A stretch of DNA of 64,000 nt from Ostrea edulis (lineage: Eukaryota), in the NCBI RefSeq assembly GCF_947568905.1, contig NC_079171.1:8432001-8496000 (forward strand), in the 5' to 3' direction. Shown in pieces: positions 58,383-64,000 of the stretch (position 1 is its first letter; the number at the start of each line of letters is the position of its first letter). Both the position numbers and the translations under genes were made by a program. The notes under the pieces are model-generated. The model saw only the letters and a list, made by a program, of their open reading frames with translations, did no database searches and was not told the origin of the DNA.

Positions 58383-60879
58383 TGTTCGTTAATTTTGTGT
58401 TAATAAAATACCAAGTTTCACCTTCATTCAAGGAGACATTGTTATTTCACAAGTATACTCACGTGTATCAACTGTAGAGTTTTTTTTCTGTCTTGAATTA
58501 CAGGCACATGTTATCGACTCGATTTCCAAATAAAGATAGAGTGCAGTCGGAGGTTAGCCTAAAACAATGAACAAGCAATATACAAAATAGTAAATCATGG
58601 GTGTAGTGACGATGGAATCTTGGGACTTCATCAACTAAAATCGCCTAGCTTGTTTTGACTAAACTCTATTTTTTAAATCGAATGTGGGGTGTTCATTGGT
58701 TCAAATCATAACTTTAACACCTCCATTCTTCGCATTCACAACTGCTTTCCAACATAATGGGGAGGCGACAGTAGTCACCCATTATATCTTCATTTGCATC
58801 TGTAGGGTGTCACAGAATCTGGATTTTCAAAATTATTAACATTTATTTATTTTTAACATTCAGTAAGGAATTTTGGGTCTGGTCTATCTAATTATCCAAT
58901 TAGTTTTGTTATTGAAGGTAGCATACAGATTTTCTCCTTTGTTAACGCTCTAAGCTATGAAAAAAATCTTTGAAATATAGGATATCCCGTGGTTCGTGGT
59001 TTGATATGATTTATATTCAACGAGCTGTGCGTTTTCTATCCATTTCCTACAAACCATAAGATATTCTTTTAATTACATGTTAACACCCTAAGGCTATTTG
59101 TTTACTTTACTGTATTGGGAATTTTACTTCGGGACATTTTTTACACAAACAACGTAAAATTGACATTTATTGGTGACATCGCAAACAGCATATGAAAACA
59201 TAGTGAAATAACCATGTTTATGTGATGGGTGATATCCACTGGATAAAGCAGTAAACGTGTTATAAGAGTAAGTATTTTGTCGTGTGCGACAAGGAAATCC
59301 CCACATTCTTTCTTTAAAATGAAGAATTTAATGATTTCTTTGTCGGTTGGATACTTAACTTGTCTATCTGTGTATGTTATGTTTAGATCTGGTTGTTCTT
59401 AATTAGTGGGTCAGAGTTACATAATTTGATAAACTGAAAGTATTCGGGCACGGACCCAGTAAGATTTTTTTCAGGTGACAGACTCCTTCGAATTGTTGTC
59501 TGAAACAACTGATTATGGTGGTAATCTACAATATGTTTTAGATTTTAAACCCTCCAACAAATATATATTACCAAGACAGTGGAGAATATGCTCAATGAAA
59601 TCGAACAGAAAAATGTCTGTTTTTCTTTGTTTTTATGTGAATAAATGCGATTCTGATAGAAGATCAAATATAAACAATGCTATCGTTGAATGCCTCGCAC
59701 ATGTATCACATGTATGTTACGCAACGAAGCGTCAACGCACTGGACTTACTAAAGCAGGCCTTTGAAGCTAGTTTTGCAAAAGGGAGTTCATGGGCGTCAT
59801 TTTCAATCCCTGCAAACTGATAAACTTAAGACTTTGTACATTGGTGGTGGCTGTTCCTTTCCTAAGAATCCAACATTAGAGGTGAAGATTAAAAGGTAAA
59901 GCTGAAATGAGATTATAGATAGCCTTTGATTTGTTTTCGTGTGCATTTTGTGCTATATCTCTGCACGATATCGAGTCTTTAGAAAACTACACAGTCTCCA
60001 GTGTTCATTAAGCCTGGTTTATTCACTGTTAGTGTTTTATTATGGCGAGGTGCCGTGTCCCCTTTTTTCCGGCACCGTGCTTTTTTTTGGCGTGCTTTTT
60101 TATTCGTGCCCTTATCCAGCGTTGTGCCCTTTTCGCTTGGAAAATATCGATTTTGCTCTTAAAACGATATCACCATGCCCTATTTTCATTTTGGAAAAAA
60201 ATATTAAAAATACACATATTCAGGTATTATAGCCTGGTATTTTCAGATTTGCAAAAACGCCTCATTTATCTTGAATCATATTGTTATTAAAATACCTACT
60301 ATTAAGCGTTTAAAACGGAAGAGCAACAATGAAATGAAGCTGAAAGCCAAATCTTACTAGACGATGTCAGCATTTTTTCAACAGGTTCGTAAAATTTAAA
60401 CGTGCTCATCTAAAATCAGCGTAACGAAACTGAATCAGGTCACCGATCAGCTGATTGAGGACACAGATGCCAAATAGTAAACCTTTATACCTATTGCTAT
60501 ATCGTTCTTGTATTTGTTGCATACTAAGTAACACGTGGAAATATGTAACTTCGTAATATGTATGTATATGTAATATATGTATATATTAAAAAAATGCATG
60601 GATCAAATTAGATCGGCAAAATCCCTAATTTCTTCGACCCGCTGTAAATGGATTAACAAGTGGTTGGTTATGTTTAAAAAGTATGTCCATAAACACCACG
60701 TTATATTTATCTTTTTCTCTCTTCTTTTAAAACTTCTTATGTATCTCGGGTTTGTAATTCTTGTACAGTGGAGAGGGGTATGTGACGTGTTTCAATGACT
60801 GCACTCCCTCCCTTTTCTTTGGAACATTTTGATTCAAAAGAATTCATGAGATTGGTGGACTGGTGGACTGTTAGCTAGT

Positions 60880-61254
60880 ACATCAAAATTGGTACCGTAT
60901 AAGTTTTACATTATGACCCCTGGGTCGAGGCCTCTGCTAGTGGACTATTAGTCCCCGAGGGTCGTACAGCCCAGTAGCTAAGTACTTCGTTACTAGCTTG
61001 AAAATATGGATGTATATTTGATTGCTGTGATAAAATTTAGAAATTCATTTCAAAACCCTCATGCATAGCTCTTATAATAAGACGAATTTGACTCCACTTT
61101 TTTGCACTCAGTTTTTCCCTAAAATAACTCGTACGATCGTACAAAAAATGTTATTTCAGATTTCACAAATTTCGGTTGAGAATCACTGAAGAGATACCAT
61201 TTGTGAAAATGTGCATCTGGTGCATCAAAATTGGTACCGTATAAATTTTACATT
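60880..61254 (+). mobile_element. Retrozyme-like non-autonomous element, one full monomer (342 nt) plus terminal repeat
   Basis: catcaaaattggtaccgtataa..ttttacatt occurs at both ends (60881 and 61223); hammerhead motif near the 3' end. Confidence 0.7.
61180..61223 (+). ncRNA. Degenerate minimal type I hammerhead motif (copy D)
   Basis: GAATCA CTGAAGA GATA CCATT TGTG AAA ATGTGCAT C TGGTGC; helix II disrupted. Confidence 0.6.
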
Positions 61255-61993
61255 GATCACTGTGAGGTCTTCCCTTGTTTAAAAAAATGGTCATATGCGG
61301 AATATCTCCTGATGTGTTAACTCGGATGGGAAATATCAACACCAGGTGATACTTATCTTTCCTCTCTATCAAGTTTTTTAAGTATCTCGAATTTTGTTAT
61401 TCTTCTACAGTGCAGTGGAAGATCTGAGGTATTTCAAGGATTTCAACCCTCTCCTTCTCGTTGGAATATTTTAATTCGAAAAGGTTACATTGTCTTTAAA
61501 CGAGAATCGTGATCCTCTCTGTTGGGCTGAAAATTACTTGAGGTTCAACGATTCCCAATTTTAAAAAAAGTAGATACTGGACACGGATAGATAAAGATAC
61601 ATCTAGAGATATCTAGATCAAGACTGACGTCGAAATATCTCTAAGGAGGTTGTTAATCGAACGTAAAAATGTTATTTTCTATATCTAACAAAATGGATGA
61701 AATCAGCAAAGATTTTTATTAAGATGGGTAGGGACAGGGAGACACGTCCTTGACCTGAGCTTTCATTCATGTTATAAGTGTATCACGAAATAGCTTGGTT
61801 CATGAGGTGCTTCACAATGACATTCAGTGCAGTTCTAAAGTGCACTTAAAAAGAAATCATTTTCAACCAATTTAACTTCATAATATTTTTTTTCATGTCA
61901 GAAAAATAACAATCCTCGTTCCCTAAGACCCATGCCTCAACATCGTGAACAGTAAAGATAACAAGCAGTCATCAATCTTAGATTGGATTTGGG

Positions 61994-62377
61994 TGCATCA
62001 AATTTGGTACAGTATAAATTTTACAGTATGACCCCTGGGTCGAGGCCTCTGCTGGTGGACTGTTAGTCCCCGAGGGTCCTAAAGCCCAGTAGCTAAGTAC
62101 TCCGTTACTAACTTTAAAATACGGATGTATATTTAATTGCTGTTATAAAATTTAGAAATTCATTTCAAGATTAAAGATTATCTCCCTCACGCATAGCTCT
62201 TATCCCTAGACGAATTTGATTTCACTTTTTGGCACTCTGTATTTCCCTAAAATAGCTCTAATACTTCATAGTTATTTCGATTTAAAACATTTCGGTCGAG
62301 CATCACTGAAGATATATTATTTGTCGAAATGGGTATCTGGTGCATCAAAATTGGTACCGTATAAGTTTTACATTATA
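61994..62377 (+). mobile_element. Retrozyme-like non-autonomous element, one full monomer (347 nt) plus terminal repeat
   Basis: Same layout as 60880-61254; absent from the paralogous site at ~37995-38020. Confidence 0.72.
62300..62343 (+). ncRNA. Degenerate minimal type I hammerhead motif (copy E)
   Basis: GCATCA CTGAAGA TATA TTATT TGTC GAA ATGGGTAT C TGGTGC; core and helix I intact, helix II and III mismatches. Confidence 0.7.
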
Positions 62378-64000
62378 CCCGTAGATTTATCTAGCACGGG
62401 CATTTTAAACAAGTACTGGTTTATGAAGTAAACAAGGTCAAATACAAACATATACTGAACATTTCATTTGTTTGTCAAAATTATTTTAAAAAATAGTTGG
62501 ATTCGCAATTTAGATTTGAACCTATTCTCACTGAACTTTTGCGAGAAGAGATGACTTTTAGAATTAACGGCTGTACACGAACTTGATAAACGAAATCTTT
62601 CCATGAAACTATAAAGCGGGACATATTTACTTCGGTTTATTTTTCACGATATTGGCGATTATATTAAAGATTGCAAAAAATAAAACCATCGCAAAGTGCT
62701 GTTCAAAGTCTTTGGGGGTATGATTTCATCTGAAGGTAATGTTTCTAGCTCAGTATATCTACTGCACTTGATATTGAATATATAAAAATACTTGCTGATG
62801 ATTATTATTTAAAATACAGAGGTATGGACAAAGCTATCTTTATTATGTGCATTCATTATATATTAAGTACATTTAGAAACAATTAGGTTATAGCGTTTTT
62901 CAAACACGAAACTACAAAATATGCACAAAGTAGCATTCAATCACTGTTAGCAGTCAATATTAGTAAGGGTAGTTACACCCCTCAGCACACAGACATATTT
63001 AAACGCCAACAAATACAAATGCACCTTTGATCAGATAATTTTGTTTTGATAGATACTCGACAGTCTGCACAAACCACTTAACCTGAAGGGGTTTAATCAA
63101 AAATAATTTGATGTCAATTTCTAGAACTTCAATATAGGACCCATCTTTAAGATTTCGTTCGACTTGACTTGCGTAATAATATTGAAATTCTGTTTTGAGC
63201 AGAGACTTAAAATCAATATTAATTTGTACAGAAAGAGGTTAGAGGCAGTCAGTGCAGGTTTCGGTACAAAACAACTATAATGCCCTTTTCATCAAGAAGT
63301 TTAAAAAAAGTCTTTGTCCCATCGTTCTTTAAAAAGATGAAAATTGCAAGGTGCTTTTTGATTCAAGGAGAAGTCATGCTCGGCAAATTATATTTTCCAC
63401 GTAACGACTCAGTTTAGGACGTTCTCAAATGAATTTCATTCAGTTAGGAAAGTATGACGAAAGTGGCATTTTTAGTAGTCACTTTGTAAAAAACAACTGA
63501 TACTAAAGTTGTTATCTGGCGTTTGTCGTCATATCCTTTAATTAGAGTTGTTTTGAACCTGTTAAATGCTTTAATTTTCAATATATGTGTCATTTACTAA
63601 TTTAAGACTTTAAGAAAAGTGCACAACTATTTCTCATTTAATAGTTCTTAAATTATTTGATTAGTAGATGACATAATGATAAAATCATAAAAAAATACCG
63701 CATAGCGGGGATTTTCCGCGAGGTGATAAATTTGGCTTATTTTAGCGGTTAAATAGCTTTCCGCCAAAATTTCACTCGTCAACTATGCACTCAATTGCGA
63801 CTTCAGCATTTGCAAGAGCGATAGAACTTCCTTGTCCGCCAAAACTTATTACACAAAAAGTATTAGTATTAGCATATCTTTGAACCAGTAATCGCTAAAT
63901 TTCAAACCCGCGAAAAAAAACCCCGCTAAACGGTAACTGAACAGTTATTGTTGAAACAAGATTTTACCTGCTCGCTCTATTGTCCATTACCCACATGGAA

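Larger units (their letters stand above)
29518..64000. repeat. Mosaic segmental tandem duplication carrying the TRIM cluster
   Basis: Visible homology: 29518~37093~46538; 29760-34400~47645-56500; 36271-37340~45714-46800; 37340-39510~60470-64000. Confidence 0.85.

Noticed and set aside
42960-62343. Claim that any single hammerhead copy here is active
   Set aside because: Each copy has at least one change in the core, in the G-C pair closing helix II, or in helix III; only the consensus is intact.

Overview
Animal genomic DNA, most likely an oyster (Ostreidae). This is inferred from AT-rich spliceosomal introns, Cg170-like Helitron repeats and bivalve-type SINEs. Left half: a divergent gene pair built by hand from GT-AG sites and phase compatibility. 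One is an 11-coding-exon, ~418 aa uncharacterised coiled-coil protein on the minus strand (411-14007). The other is SRP19 on the plus strand (5 exons, 19209-29424, 153 aa). Their introns are full of minisatellites, many of which begin at or contain a splice site. Right half: a tandem cluster of three intronless RING/B-box/B-box/coiled-coil/NHL-like beta-propeller TRIM genes. The middle copy has lost its coiled coil by a clean in-frame deletion, and each copy has an ISRE/IRF-type element about 20 nt upstream of the ATG. Most notable hidden element: five copies of a ~345 nt non-coding repeat whose consensus folds as a minimal type I hammerhead ribozyme with a palindromic helix III. It has the architecture of a Penelope-associated retrozyme. 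Every copy in this window carries disabling substitutions, so only the consensus is intact. No alignments, folding or database searches were run; all coordinates were read by eye and repeat boundaries are approximate.
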